DNA of 45,018 bases from Octopus bimaculoides (GCF_001194135.2 NC_068990.1:2974440-3019457), one strand, 5' to 3'; counted from the first letter of the stretch, positions 12,232-23,290 are shown. Notes: a model not told the origin generated them from the sequence alone. A program made the numbers and translations.

Positions 12232-14813
12232 ATCTTAGATTGTCATGTATCCATAAAATTATCCCTACCTTTAAATACTTTAGAAGCTAGTAATTATTTA
12301 CTATACATATTTTTCCCTTTTTTTTTCTTTTTGGTAACTAAAAATATCTTTTCTTTCGCCCCTTTGACCTATTAACTCTTAGCAAATATAGTATACCCAA
12401 TCCCACTGGTGAATCTATTACATCAGAGTTAATATAACTATACTAGTTTTTCTTAACGAATCTCCCCTGATTATGAAATATACCCTCTATGATCTTTTTC
12501 TTCGTTGTATTTTTTAAATATTTTTTTATCTATATCTAATGATAATTTTATTTCTATTTTATTTCTGTTATAACCCGGTATACTTATGCCTTTTTCCATC
12601 CAGTATTAATAATTAATTAATATTCTGATTATAACTATTTATATAACAATTACATTATCATACATCATTTATTTTCATTTTTTATAGCACCTTATTTCCT
12701 TTTTATATATCTTGGTATAACATTTTTACTGGCTTACTTTTATAACATTTTCTAATTTTTTTTTAAATAATTTTGTATTATAATTTTTCTCTCAGACATT
12801 TTCTTACATTTCCTCGTATATTTTATAAACCTTATATCTTATATCCTAAGATCTTATATACTCTTCATATATTATTCATAGTTTTTCTCTTAACACTTTA
12901 ACAGTTTTAGAACTTTCTAAATATATAATTACATATAATTTTTTTATATATTTTATATGTTCATGCCTATATATCCTTTATATCTATTATATGTTCTTAT
13001 ATCATATTTTTTATTTATATTCGTGTATATTTTTATCTTTTTAGTTTTTATTTCCTTATATTTTTAAAAGTTTTATAGCATAAAAACCAGGTGGCAATTT
13101 ATGACTTTTAATTTTTTTTCATAAAATTCCTTATACGCTGCAATCTTATACCTTCATATATTAAATTATATGTTATCCCTTTGTTTGGTTATATCTAAAA
13201 TTTCTTTCTGGTCTTCATATATCTATATATTTATAATTTGCTTTAACAGTATAAGTAACCTGTTTAAAACTTTCTCCTTCCATCTCTTTATTAACTTATA
13301 TCCCACTCACAATCCTTTAAGAAGTATTCCTTTTAACATTTCACATTTTCTTCCGCTCTAAGATGACAATCAAACTGATCTTTATTAGCTATCCCTATCC
13401 CCTCTTTTCTATCTGTTATCACAACTCCCCCATCAGACATTTTCGTTTACCACTTCATGGCTTACCTGTTGGTGTTGATATAACCGGATGTAAAGTTCTA
13501 TTTTCCAAGATAGTACAACACTACATTCTCACTGTCGTCTTCAATGTGCTGATGACGGGGTCGCTGCTCTCATTTATCTCTTCTGCCCTCTGTAGCCTAT
13601 GCTAATTTCTGGTTTGTCTGTCGCTGTACTGTCCTTTTTTTCATACTGCCAAAAACTTTAGCAACGTAACCATTGTATATATTTGCTCTCTTCTGATGAT
13701 AAATGTTTAAATATCTAACTTGTCCATTATGGTTGAAGTATATGCGGTTATCTGATGAGAACGGTTTACTTTGTAATGAGGTAATGCTTCCATTGGTCAA
13801 TGAAAGGAGTCGCTCGAATCGGCCGTAAAGAATTGACACTCACACGTTTATATATATATATATATATATATAAAGAGAGAGAGAGAGAGNNNNNNNNNNN
13901 NNNNNNNNNNNNNNNNNNNNNNNNNNNNNNNNNNNNNNNNNNNNNNNNNNNNNNNNNNNNNNNNNNNNNNNNNNNNNNNNNNNNNNNNNNNNNNNNNNNN
14001 NNNNNNNNNNNNNNNNNNNNNNNNNNNNNNNNNNNNNNNNNNNNNNNNNNNNNNNNNNNNNNNNNNNNNNNNNNNNNNNNNNNNNNNNNNNNNNNNNNNN
14101 NNNNNNNNNNNNNNNNNNNNNNNNNNNNNNNNNNNNNNNNNNNNNNNNNNNNNNNNNNNNNNNNNNNNNNNNNNNNNNNNNNNNNNNNNNNNNNNNNNNN
14201 NNNNNNNNNNNNNNNNNNNNNNNNNNNNNNNNNNNNNNNNNNNNNNNNNNNNNNNNNNNNNNNNNNNNNNNNNNNNNNNNNNNNNNNNNNNNNNNNNNNN
14301 NNNNNNNNNNNNNNNNNNNNNNNNNNNNNNNNNNNNNNNNNNNNNNNNNNNNNNNNNNNNNNNNNNNNNNNNNNNNNNNNNNNNNNNNNNNNNNNNNNNN
14401 NNNNNNNNNNNNNNNNNNNNNNNNNNNNNNNNNNNNNNNNNNNNNNNNNNNNNNNNNNNNNNNNNNNNNNNNNNNNNNNNNNNNNNNNNNNNNNNNNNNN
14501 NNNNNNNNNNNNNNNNNNNNNNNNNNNNNNNNNNNNNNNNNNNNNNNNNNNNNNNNNNNNNNNNNNNNNNNNNNNNNNNNNACAACAGACAACTGACAAC
14601 GTTATAAGTTCTGCTTAAATTACATGTGTATAAAAAAGTTATAATCAGGTTGTTACGACATGATCATATTGAAACTGCTTGCGATATCGGTTAAGAGAAC
14701 AGTTATATAGTAGAGTAACTAAGTAGAATTGTTAACCTACTTAATATCCTAATATCAAGGTAGAAAATGCTAAAATAATTTTATAAGATGCATTTCAGTA
14801 CCGTTTTCAGTCA

Positions 14814-14876
14814 TTTGAATTCTTTGCAATCAAATTTGATTGCAAAGAATTCAAATTTGATGGCAAAGAATTCAAA
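14814..14876. repeat. Perfect 42-bp palindrome plus a third 21-bp unit in direct repeat
   Basis: tttgaattctttgcaatcaaa|tttgattgcaaagaattcaaa|tttgatggcaaagaattcaaa. Confidence 0.95.
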
Positions 14877-15177
14877 AGGAATTATATATATATATATATA
14901 TAAGACGATTCAGTTGAAGAAGATACTCAAAGGCGAGGCACCTAGTTAGGTCGAAATAAAATGCATATACAATAATTATAGATGAATACCAATCTTTGTG
15001 CAGATGTACTGGCAGAATGATATTTGGGTCATGTATGCAGTTAATGGGACTGAACTGAGTATCTAATCCGCTCGAGATATTCAGACGTACATTTTTATGT
15101 GTGTACATTCACCCACATACGTACCTTCACACACGCATACACACCACATAGAAACAACCATTTATATGTGTGTGTAA

Positions 15178-15211
<34 letters not shown>

Positions 15212-16404
15212 AAGTGTGTGCATGTGCGTATGTGTTTGTGTGTGTATACAGTGTGGAACTAGGACTCCGCTTAAGGGTATCAAATATCACACAAAACTGT
15301 TTCCAACTTGAGAATATAACGGAAGCCATTTGTCCAATATGCGTAACATTTAGATTGAACCCATACTGAGGTTTTTGTGAAGGGCAATTCAAAATTGCCA
15401 AGCAATACCTGAACCAATAGGCACATGATTTTATTTTAGCATACTTGTAATTCTTACGTAGATAGGGATGGGAAGCAGCTGGATGTGTTTGCTCAAAATA
15501 TATTAGATGCATATAAAATGTTAACATGTTTCCCCATTACACAGCGTGTAAAGAAAAGCAACAGCGCACTTATTAGTTTATATAACTCCCTATGTTAGGA
15601 TAATTAACGATATTTTAATCACTCCATCTCGGGTAATTTGTACAGATGATGTAATATATCTAACAATTTATTATACGGCGGACATTTTAATTGGACTCCA
15701 TTTATACCATTAATTGATTATTTGCATTAATACAACTGGCATTTAATATTTGCATTAATTGGAAATCCTACGAAGATTTCAGTTGGTTTTATGAATACAC
15801 AGGCACGCAATGCTAGAGATCCGTGTCTAATTTGAAATAATGCAGCATAAATCAACATTAAAAAGTCTAATGCATTATGTAATATGAGGGTGACAGTTCA
15901 TTAATTAAACTTTGTTCAGGCTTATCATGGACCAATGATTTTACTATACTTTGTTTTTTCAGGATAAGGGAAAAGCTATTGTTGCTCCTGCTACTGCTAG
16001 TATACCTGCTCTTACTAATAACACTGCCACCATAGCAACAATTAAAGTAACTATCAACACAATTATTACTACTATTGCAAATAATTGTTTCTAAATTAAT
16101 CTCAAAATGAGCTAACATTTAGGGCCGTAGCTTCATCGAAAAGATCGATCCTTCACACTATTATATCAACCCCAAATGGATGAAAGAAAAAGCAAGATGG
16201 TCGTGATTTGGGCTTAGAAAATAAAAAAAAGCAGGACAAATGCCACAGCTTATTTTTTCCAGAGTTCTAAGAATATTTATAATGGTCTCTGATTTAGTCG
16301 TACGACCTACATTTTGTGGGGAAGCTGGAAGTCGACATTATCAATCCCTGAAATGGACGCTATATTCATAGTAATAATGATAACTTGTAATATAGGCGAA
16401 CAGA

Positions 16405-16592
16405 TTGGAATGTTGTGGTTAGAGGACACTATTCGAGTCCATCGGCAGCAATTCTCACTGACACTTATTTTATCAATCACGGAACGAATAAATGCAAAGT
16501 CGACCTCGGCGGAATTTGAAATGCGAACGTATAGAAGGACGAAATGTCACTAAGCCTTCCGTTCTGTATGCTAACGTATCTGCCATGCCAAG
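16405..16592 (-). mobile_element. Short tRNA-derived SINE (family 2), diverged
   Basis: gcaaagtcgacctcggcggaatttgaaatgcgaacg...gctaacgtatctgcca is the reverse complement of the family-2 core. Confidence 0.75.
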
Positions 16593-16594
16593 TA

Positions 16595-16658
<64 letters not shown>
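16595..16658. repeat. (TAA)n microsatellite
   Basis: Directly visible. Confidence 0.98.
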
Positions 16659-16785
16659 TTCCACCTGAATAGAATTCTGAGTGGGCCTCACCTACAAAGT
16701 CATGCGCTGTTTATCTTGATATGAGATCATCATGTCGCGCACATATGGTTGTGATGCATGTGCCTGGTGTACGCGACTGAAATTG

Positions 16786-17322
16786 TGCGAAACGTGTGGG
16801 CTAGGGAGAGGCAAGGTGTGGTATGAGGAAAAACCGCAGTGAGCGGCAGAGTCGGAGACTAACAAAATCATCTGGGATTTCCCAAACCAAACAGATCAGA
16901 TGCTAGAACATAAGAGACCGTGCTTGTGATAGTGGACAAGATGCACCACATATACTATATAGTTGACTTTGCATGCCTCTTTGACCCACGAATACTGAAG
17001 AAGGAAGACGAAAAGATTGATAAATACAACCCTTATAAGTACGATGTATCCCGGCTATGGAAAATGAAGAAGGTGGATACGGTGCCAATTATTTTGGGAT
17101 CCTTGGGAACAGTATCAGCAGGCATCAAGAGGAATATAAAGGAAATTGGAATAGAGTGTCCAGTAGAACTGTTACAAAAGGCTTGCCTACTTGGCACAGC
17201 CAGAATAATCAGGAGATTATTAGATAGCGGAAAAGAACGAATAGTATGGTACAGTAAGATGGAGGTAGTAAGCCCGCTACACATGGAAGACTCCAGGAGC
17301 TCCAACAAAACCTGTGCTAAAG
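16786..17322 (+). mobile_element. R4/Dong-like RLE domain plus 3'UTR (subfamily C)
   Basis: KLCETCGL..WYEEKP..KIIWDFPNQTD..HKRP / LVIVDK..YYIVDFACLFDPRILKKEDEKIDKY..LWKMKKVDTVPIILGSLGTVS..LLQKACLLGTARIIRR (ORF 16920-17414). Confidence 0.85.

Positions 17323-17380
<58 letters not shown>
17323..17380. repeat. (TGA)n microsatellite between two subfamily-C fragments
   Basis: Directly visible. Confidence 0.98.
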
Positions 17381-17381
<1 letters not shown>

Positions 17382-17384
17382 ATG

Positions 17385-18770
17385 TGGGAAACTACCGTCC
17401 CAAAGCATGCCTAAACATAATCTGGAAGATACTCACTGGAATATGTGTGGCAAAGACATATACTTTCCTGGCACAACAAGGAATACTACCAAGGAAAAAG
17501 AAAGGATGTAGGAAAAGTTATCAGGATACCAAAGATCCCCTGGTCATCGATAAAAGTTTTGAGACATTGTATAAAAACATCATACAAACATGTCTATGGA
17601 TTGGATTGACTTTAAGAATGCATATAATATGATGCCTCATTCTTGGATCGTTGAATTCCTGTAGATGTTTGGTCCTACTGACAATATCACAAATTTTCTG
17701 ATGCATAGCAATAAAGTGTACTCAAGTAATGTATTCCTTGGAGAATTTAATATTAGGAGGGGAATCTTCCAAGGTGACTCCATTTTCCCGTTACTCTTTG
17801 TAATTGCGCTAATACCCATAACAATGAAACTTAGGAAAGTTAAGATGGGTTACCAATGTGAGAAGAAAGACCCATTATTAAACCCGCTTCTGTTTATGGA
17901 TGACCTGAAAATGCTTGGGAAATCTGAAAAACAGATAGATTCCTTTACCAAAACAGTCCAGAGGTTTGATAGGGGCATCGGTATGGAATTTGGGACTACG
18001 AAACGCTCAGTACGTAATATCAAAAGAGGTAATAAAGCAGCCTGAAAAGGAGTGCGGTTACTATCAGGAGTTTGGAACTGGATGACATTCTACACAGGGA
18101 AATGAAAGTCAAACTCAGCGAGGCGTATCAAAAAATGGTAAAGATGGTGTTGAAATCCAACCTGAATGCTAAATATTTGATTACCACAATGAATATCTGG
18201 GCAGTTGCAGTGGTAAGACATAGTGCGTCCATCCTCGGATGGACAAAGGAGGAAATATCAACACTGGATAGAAGGACGACAAAGTTGATGACGCTGTAGT
18301 CTAAAGCAAACGTAAACGTATATGAAAAACAGAATCGTTGAAGAGGACTAATTTGTTTAGACCATTGTATAAGAGTGAAAGGAGAACGCTTGCCAAGTAT
18401 TTGATAAATAGCGATGAATACCTGCTGCAATATGTTGCGAAAGATATGGAGGTAAATGCAGTTGAAATTATGGCCAAGGAAGAGTTTAACCAAAGAGCTG
18501 TGGAGAAGAGAAAAGAAGACATTCTTGAAATGAGAATGCATAGACAGTTTGAAAGTAATACACAGGATGTGAAGGGTAATAATGCATCGTGGACATGGCA
18601 TGAGCGAGGTGATTTGAAGCATACCACCGAAAGCCTGATCATTGCTGTACAAGACTAGGCTCTCGTAACCAACCCAGTGAAGTATAACATCTATAAAACT
18701 TCTGCTACCCAGAAATGCAGACTCTGTAGAAAGAGTATGGAAAATGTGACCCACTTGGTAACGAAGTGCT
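17385..18770 (+). mobile_element. R4/Dong-like reverse transcriptase, thumb/linker and CCHC zinc knuckle remnant (frameshifted)
   Basis: GNYRPKACLNIIWKILTGI, KGCRK..TKDPLVIDK, IRRGIFQGDSIFPLLFVIAL, LLFMDDLKM, IGMEFG, NIWAVAVVRH, GDLKHTTESLIIAVQD, CRLCRKSMENVTHLVTKC. Confidence 0.92.
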
Positions 18771-18859
18771 GCTTACCATTTTTTCTGACGTGGTAACTTT
18801 TCTACGAACTCGCTGATTGAATAAGTATATTGATGCTTTCAAATTTTAGCACAAACCGA

Positions 18860-19036
18860 ACAAATTTTTGTACAGAGATCTACTCGATTACATCGACCAT
18901 AGTAATAAGTTTGTAATTGTTCTATCGAAAAACAAATTCGACCTCCCAGGAATTTGCACTCAGTGCGTAAAGAGCCAAAATAAATGCTACTAAACATTTT
19001 ATCCGTCGCGCTAATGATTCTACCACCTCACTCCGT
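18860..19036 (-). mobile_element. Short tRNA-derived SINE (family 2), diverged
   Basis: tcgattacatcgacc...ttcgacctcccaggaatttgcactcag...gctaatgattctaccacctcactcc is the reverse complement of family 2. Confidence 0.7.
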
Positions 19037-19652
19037 AAAACGTTTTGATGTAGTTCTAATTCTAGTGCTATTATTCATTTATGAATACCATACCACAGTT
19101 AGTTAGATATTGTTATTTTTAAATAGAATCGTAATGTTTACATAGTGCGCGTGTTTATTTAAGACGCTAATATTCCTCTCTCAGAATATACGCTCTGTCT
19201 TAATACATGATTTCAGTTAAAATAAATATTCTTCAAAATATACAAGAAAGCAATTAGAATAATATCACTATGTTATACCAGATTCTCTAGCTTTACGACG
19301 CAGTCTTCAATTCTATATATGTTATTTTGAAAAACAATACTTACGTAATTATTGATTTGTCTTATTCTCACAGAGGGGAAGAAAATTCGTTGTGACAAAT
19401 ATATAGTAAATAGAATGAATTCCAACTTTGGATTAAGGTCGAGGATATTGGTTGTAGTTTCCTTTCTTACCGTTCCTTTCTTATCAGTGATCCCTAACCT
19501 TATTCTCACGCAACGATACCAGATTTGATTGCCACATATTCTTGTAGCGTACCTTCAAAGACATTTAACTGGACCATGAAGGAACGAAAGGCGAAGTTGA
19601 ATATGGCGGGATTTGAGCTTAAAATGATATTAAAAATAGAACATTATTTATA

Positions 19653-19820
19653 TTATTTACATTTGACGGATATTTGTCCTCATCTTGTTTGTTGTTAACA
19701 CAACGTTTCGGCTGATATACCCTCCAAACTTCATCAGGTGTATTGGGGAAATTTCGAACCGGGGTTCTCATTCCTAAGGCAGTTTTCGATGTTGTTGTTG
19801 TTATTATTATTATTATTATT
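19653..19820 (-). mobile_element. 3' hammerhead-bearing half of composite tRNA-head/(AAT)n/HHR element, copy 1
   Basis: Reverse complement: aacatcgaaaactgccttaggaatgagaaccccggttcgaaatttccccaatacacCTGATGAagtttggagggtatatcagccGAAAcgttgtgttaac. Homologous to 20650-20790 and 36795-36950. Confidence 0.85.
19697..19742 (-). ncRNA. Minimal type I hammerhead ribozyme motif, stem II partly decayed
   Basis: acac-CTGATGA-A-gtttg..cagcc-GAAA-cg-tt-gtgt. Core and stem I are intact, stem III is the palindrome ACGT, and stem II has mismatches. Confidence 0.6.
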
Positions 19821-20411
19821 GTTCAGTAGTTTTATTTTTATAACGTGCTTTCACTTCACTACCGAGCGCAGCTCTGTGCGCCTTGGGTATGTGCTGTGAT
19901 TTGCTGTGGTGCTCTTATGTTTACTGTATTGAAAGTGTTTTGCGTAGAATGTGTGCAGTACCCAGTAGTGCAATTTTCTGTATGTTATATATATTTGTAA
20001 GTCCTGGTGTTTTTGTTATGTATTTGTCTGAATATTTTTTTATTATACCTAAGGCACCTACTATGATAGGAATTGNNNNNNNNNNCCCAGAGTATGGTTG
20101 CTTTCTTGTTTTCTGTGACCGTTTCTGGCGTGTGTTTATACCATCTTTTTTCCGTTGTTATTCCATAGTGTTGGCATAGCTTCCAGTGTATATAGGTCCC
20201 AGCTCTGTCGTGTCTGTGAATATATTCCTTCTTAGCCAGGACTGGGTAGCCAGAGATAATATGATTTATTGTTTCTTGTCGATCTCCACATATTCTACAG
20301 TTACTTGTTATATTTCTTTTCATTATGTGTTTTTGGTAATTTCTGGTGGGGAGGCTCTGGTCTTGTGCAGCTGGAGGCTCTGGTCTTGTGCAGCGGGAGG
20401 CTCTGCTGGTC

Positions 20412-20412
<1 letters not shown>
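19821..20412 (-). mobile_element. 5'-truncated R4/Dong-like element (subfamily B) flanked by (TAA)n on both sides
   Basis: AAQDQSLPTRNYQKH..CRICGDRQETINHIISG..RHDRAGTYIHWKLCQHYG..WYKHTPETVTEN..ILW [gap] IVGALGIIKK..IQKIALLGTAHILRKTLSIQ*. The 3'UTR is nearly identical to 23045-23290. Confidence 0.92.
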
Positions 20413-20450
<38 letters not shown>

Positions 20451-20451
<1 letters not shown>

Positions 20452-20517
20452 GTTCACTGCCTGGAATCGAACTCGGAATTTTTGGGGTAGTAGCCCGCGC
20501 TTGTAGCCAGTACGCCA
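20451..20517 (-). mobile_element. tRNA-like Pol III head of composite element copy 1
   Basis: Reverse complement: tggcgtactggctacaagcgcgggctactaccccaaaaattccgagttcgattccaggcagtgaact, followed by (AAT)n. A-box-like TGGCGTACTGG and B-box-like GAGTTCGATTCC. Confidence 0.8.
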
Positions 20518-20525
20518 CTGGCATA

Positions 20526-20591
20526 TGGCATAGTGGCTAAGATTGCAGGCTACTAACCCTAAGATTCGGAGTTCGATTCCAGGCAGTGACC

Positions 20592-20657
<66 letters not shown>

Positions 20658-20790
20658 TTGAAAATGCCTTAGGAATGAGAAACCCGGTTCAAAATTTCCC
20701 CAAGGCACGTGATGAAGGCTGCAATGTATATCAGCCGAAGCGTTGTGTTAACAACAAACAAGATGAGGACAAATAGTGTAAAAATAAAAC
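20526..20790 (+). mobile_element. Complete composite element copy 2: tRNA-like head, (AAT)n, hammerhead unit
   Basis: TGGCATAGTGG (A box) ... GAGTTCGATTCC (B box) aggcagtgacctt (AAT)n aacattgaaaatgccttaggaatgagaaacccgg...gtgatgaaggctg..cagccgaagcgttgtgtt. Confidence 0.85.
20704..20749 (+). ncRNA. Degenerate minimal hammerhead motif (core reads GTGATGA and GAAG)
   Basis: gcac-GTGATGA-A-GGCTG..CAGCC-GAAG-cgtt-gtgtt. Stem II is intact but two core substitutions probably inactivate it. Confidence 0.5.
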
Positions 20791-22202
20791 ATAATATCAA
20801 AAATAAAGTACATTGTAGCCTAGAATTCCCAGAGAGTGACGTCTATGATTCCAACGTCCTTAACTAATTAAGAACGTGTTTCAAAATATTCAATTAAATC
20901 TTGAAAATAGCAGGCTGGAAGAAAGTTGATCATTTCTGTTTAAAAATATATAAATACGGTAGACTTTTAGAAAAACTCGTGGATGAATTAAATTTTTTTT
21001 TAAGAAACTCGCACAGGTACACGCGATCCTGAATTCTAGCGTACAGCATACACGTCAATTTACATATATAGCAATCAGCATTGTCTAACAGAACAATTCT
21101 CTTGGTAATAATGTTAGTAATATGGTTACATTAATAATATACAGCAGAAAAATCATAAAACACAACATTGTTCTCGAAAATAATAGCATAACTCTTAGCA
21201 GCAATTGATTTACTTGAAGATATGGTTCACAGGAAATTGCTAATGGTTATTCCAAAATACGAACAGCTCATAGTTTACTTCTGAAAATATGCAAAATATC
21301 GTTGTATGTAATTTAGAAACAATATAATGATTAAGTCACACTCTTTCGTTGTTTCCTTTCTTACAATATAATATCACTTGCAATGCTTTTGCTTTTATGC
21401 ATACACACATAAACACATATGCACACACTACATACATATAAATATATAATATAAAACACACACACACACATATTTACATATACACATATACATGTGTATG
21501 CACTATATTTATAAGCAGCATTTGTGTGTGTATATATCTGTGCATGCATTTATATATGTGATTATATGCACAGGAAACCTCAACACGCACACGTATAACG
21601 TTTCTAACAATCATATACTTGTGTGGACGTTCCCATGTATGTTTATGCATGTGTGTGCAAGTTTACGTGTGCACTATAATGTTTTTTTATGCAAATGATA
21701 TTGATAGCCAATTACAGTTTTTCTTTTTAATGCAGTTATTAAATTTATCGTAATTCCTTGTAAATTATTTTACCATTCTTCGTACTGTTTGACGGAAAAG
21801 AGTAATTATGGATATTGTTATATGCTAAGATTTCCTCTTGGCCACTACGAAATCTCATATACGAAAGTGTTTAATCATACTCGTCTTCTCCATGTATTCT
21901 TAGCCATTTTATACGTTTTTTTTTTAATGTTAGTGCATGAAAATCAATTTCGTTTTACACAGCAAACTGAAAAATCTCAGAATGCGTATGTTAGAAGCGC
22001 TTTCATATTTTTTGCTTTACTGAAAGTGTCTCGTCAATATTCAGAATCAGACAAACATGCTTTTAAATGTGTTTTTCACATGAGAATCAATGGCCAAATC
22101 CTTGAGCCAGCGTGGACTTATTTTAATGGCCTACCAATGCATGCAGCAAGTTTCTTTAACTTAGGAGCTTAGACACTCGGCAAATAAATGGAAACAAAGT
22201 TC

Positions 22203-22368
<166 letters not shown>

Positions 22369-22734
22369 ATAGAATCAAAATTAAAAGAAGAGTGCCATTG
22401 TTATCTAGTAAACGATATTTCGACTTATGTGTCTTCAACTAGTTCAAAAAATAATTTTGTCAATCTACTTCATTTCGGTTAATATAGAAAGGATTGAAGA
22501 AACTCCTCTTGAAGATATAGAGTCAACATTAAAAGAAGAGTGCTATTGTTATCTAGCGAACGATATTTCGACATCTTGAGTACCAGCAATCCTTTCTATA
22601 TTAACCAAAATGAAGTAGATTGACAAATGTATTTTTTGTACCAGTTGAATTCACATAAGATGTCGAAATATCGTTCACTAGATAATAATGGCACTCTTCT
22701 TTTAATTGTGACTCTATACCATCAGGAGGAGTTA
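22369..22734. mobile_element. Foldback element with ~130-bp inverted arms and an internal direct copy of the arm start
   Basis: 22369-22496 is the reverse complement of 22587-22717. 22517-22577 directly repeats the start of the left arm. Confidence 0.8.
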
Positions 22735-22765
22735 CCTGAATACTTTCTATATTATTATTATTATT

Positions 22766-22839
<74 letters not shown>

Positions 22840-23044
22840 NNNNNNNNNNNNNNNNNNNNNNNNNNNNNNNNNNNNNNNNNNNNNNNNNNNNNNNNNNNNN
22901 NNNNNNNNNNNNNNNNNNNNNNNNNNNNNNNNNNNNNNNNNNNNNNNNNNNNNNNNNNNNNNNNNNNNNNNNNNNNNNNNNNNNNNNNNNNNNNNNNNNN
23001 NNNNNNNNNNNNNNNNNNNNNNNNNNNNNNNNNNNNNNNNNNNN

Positions 23045-23290
23045 ATCATAGTAGGTGCCTTAGGTATAATAAAAAAATATTCAGACACATACATAACAAA
23101 AACACCAGGACTTACAAATATATATAACATACAGAAAATTGCACTACTGGGTACTGCACACATTCTACGCAAAACACTTTCAATACAGTAAACATAAGAG
23201 CACCACAGCAAACCACAGCACATACCCAAGGCGCACAGAGCTGCGCTCGGTAGTGAAGTGAAAGCACGTTATAAAAATAAAACTACTGAA
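23045..23290 (+). mobile_element. R4/Dong-like 3' end (subfamily B), 5' part hidden in a gap
   Basis: IIVGALGIIKKYSDTYITKTPGLTNIYNIQKIALLGTAHILRKTLSIQ* plus a 3'UTR nearly identical to the reverse complement of 19821-20075. Confidence 0.92.

Noticed and set aside
13766-14618. Long ORFs in the track spanning N-runs (also 22747, 31474-32164, 36881-37433, 37874-38549, 43431-43845)
   Set aside because: They are artefacts of translating assembly gaps as X.
20451-20592. Possible tRNA genes
   Set aside because: A and B boxes are present, but I see no acceptor stem pairing. The sequences run straight into (AAT)n and belong to a repeated element, so they are treated as SINE-like heads.
22369-22734. 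Hammerhead-like words in the foldback (CTGATGG/TTGAAGA...GAAC, and TTGAAGACA..TGTCGAAA)
   Set aside because: I could not build a canonical core with an NUH triplet and stem I in either orientation.
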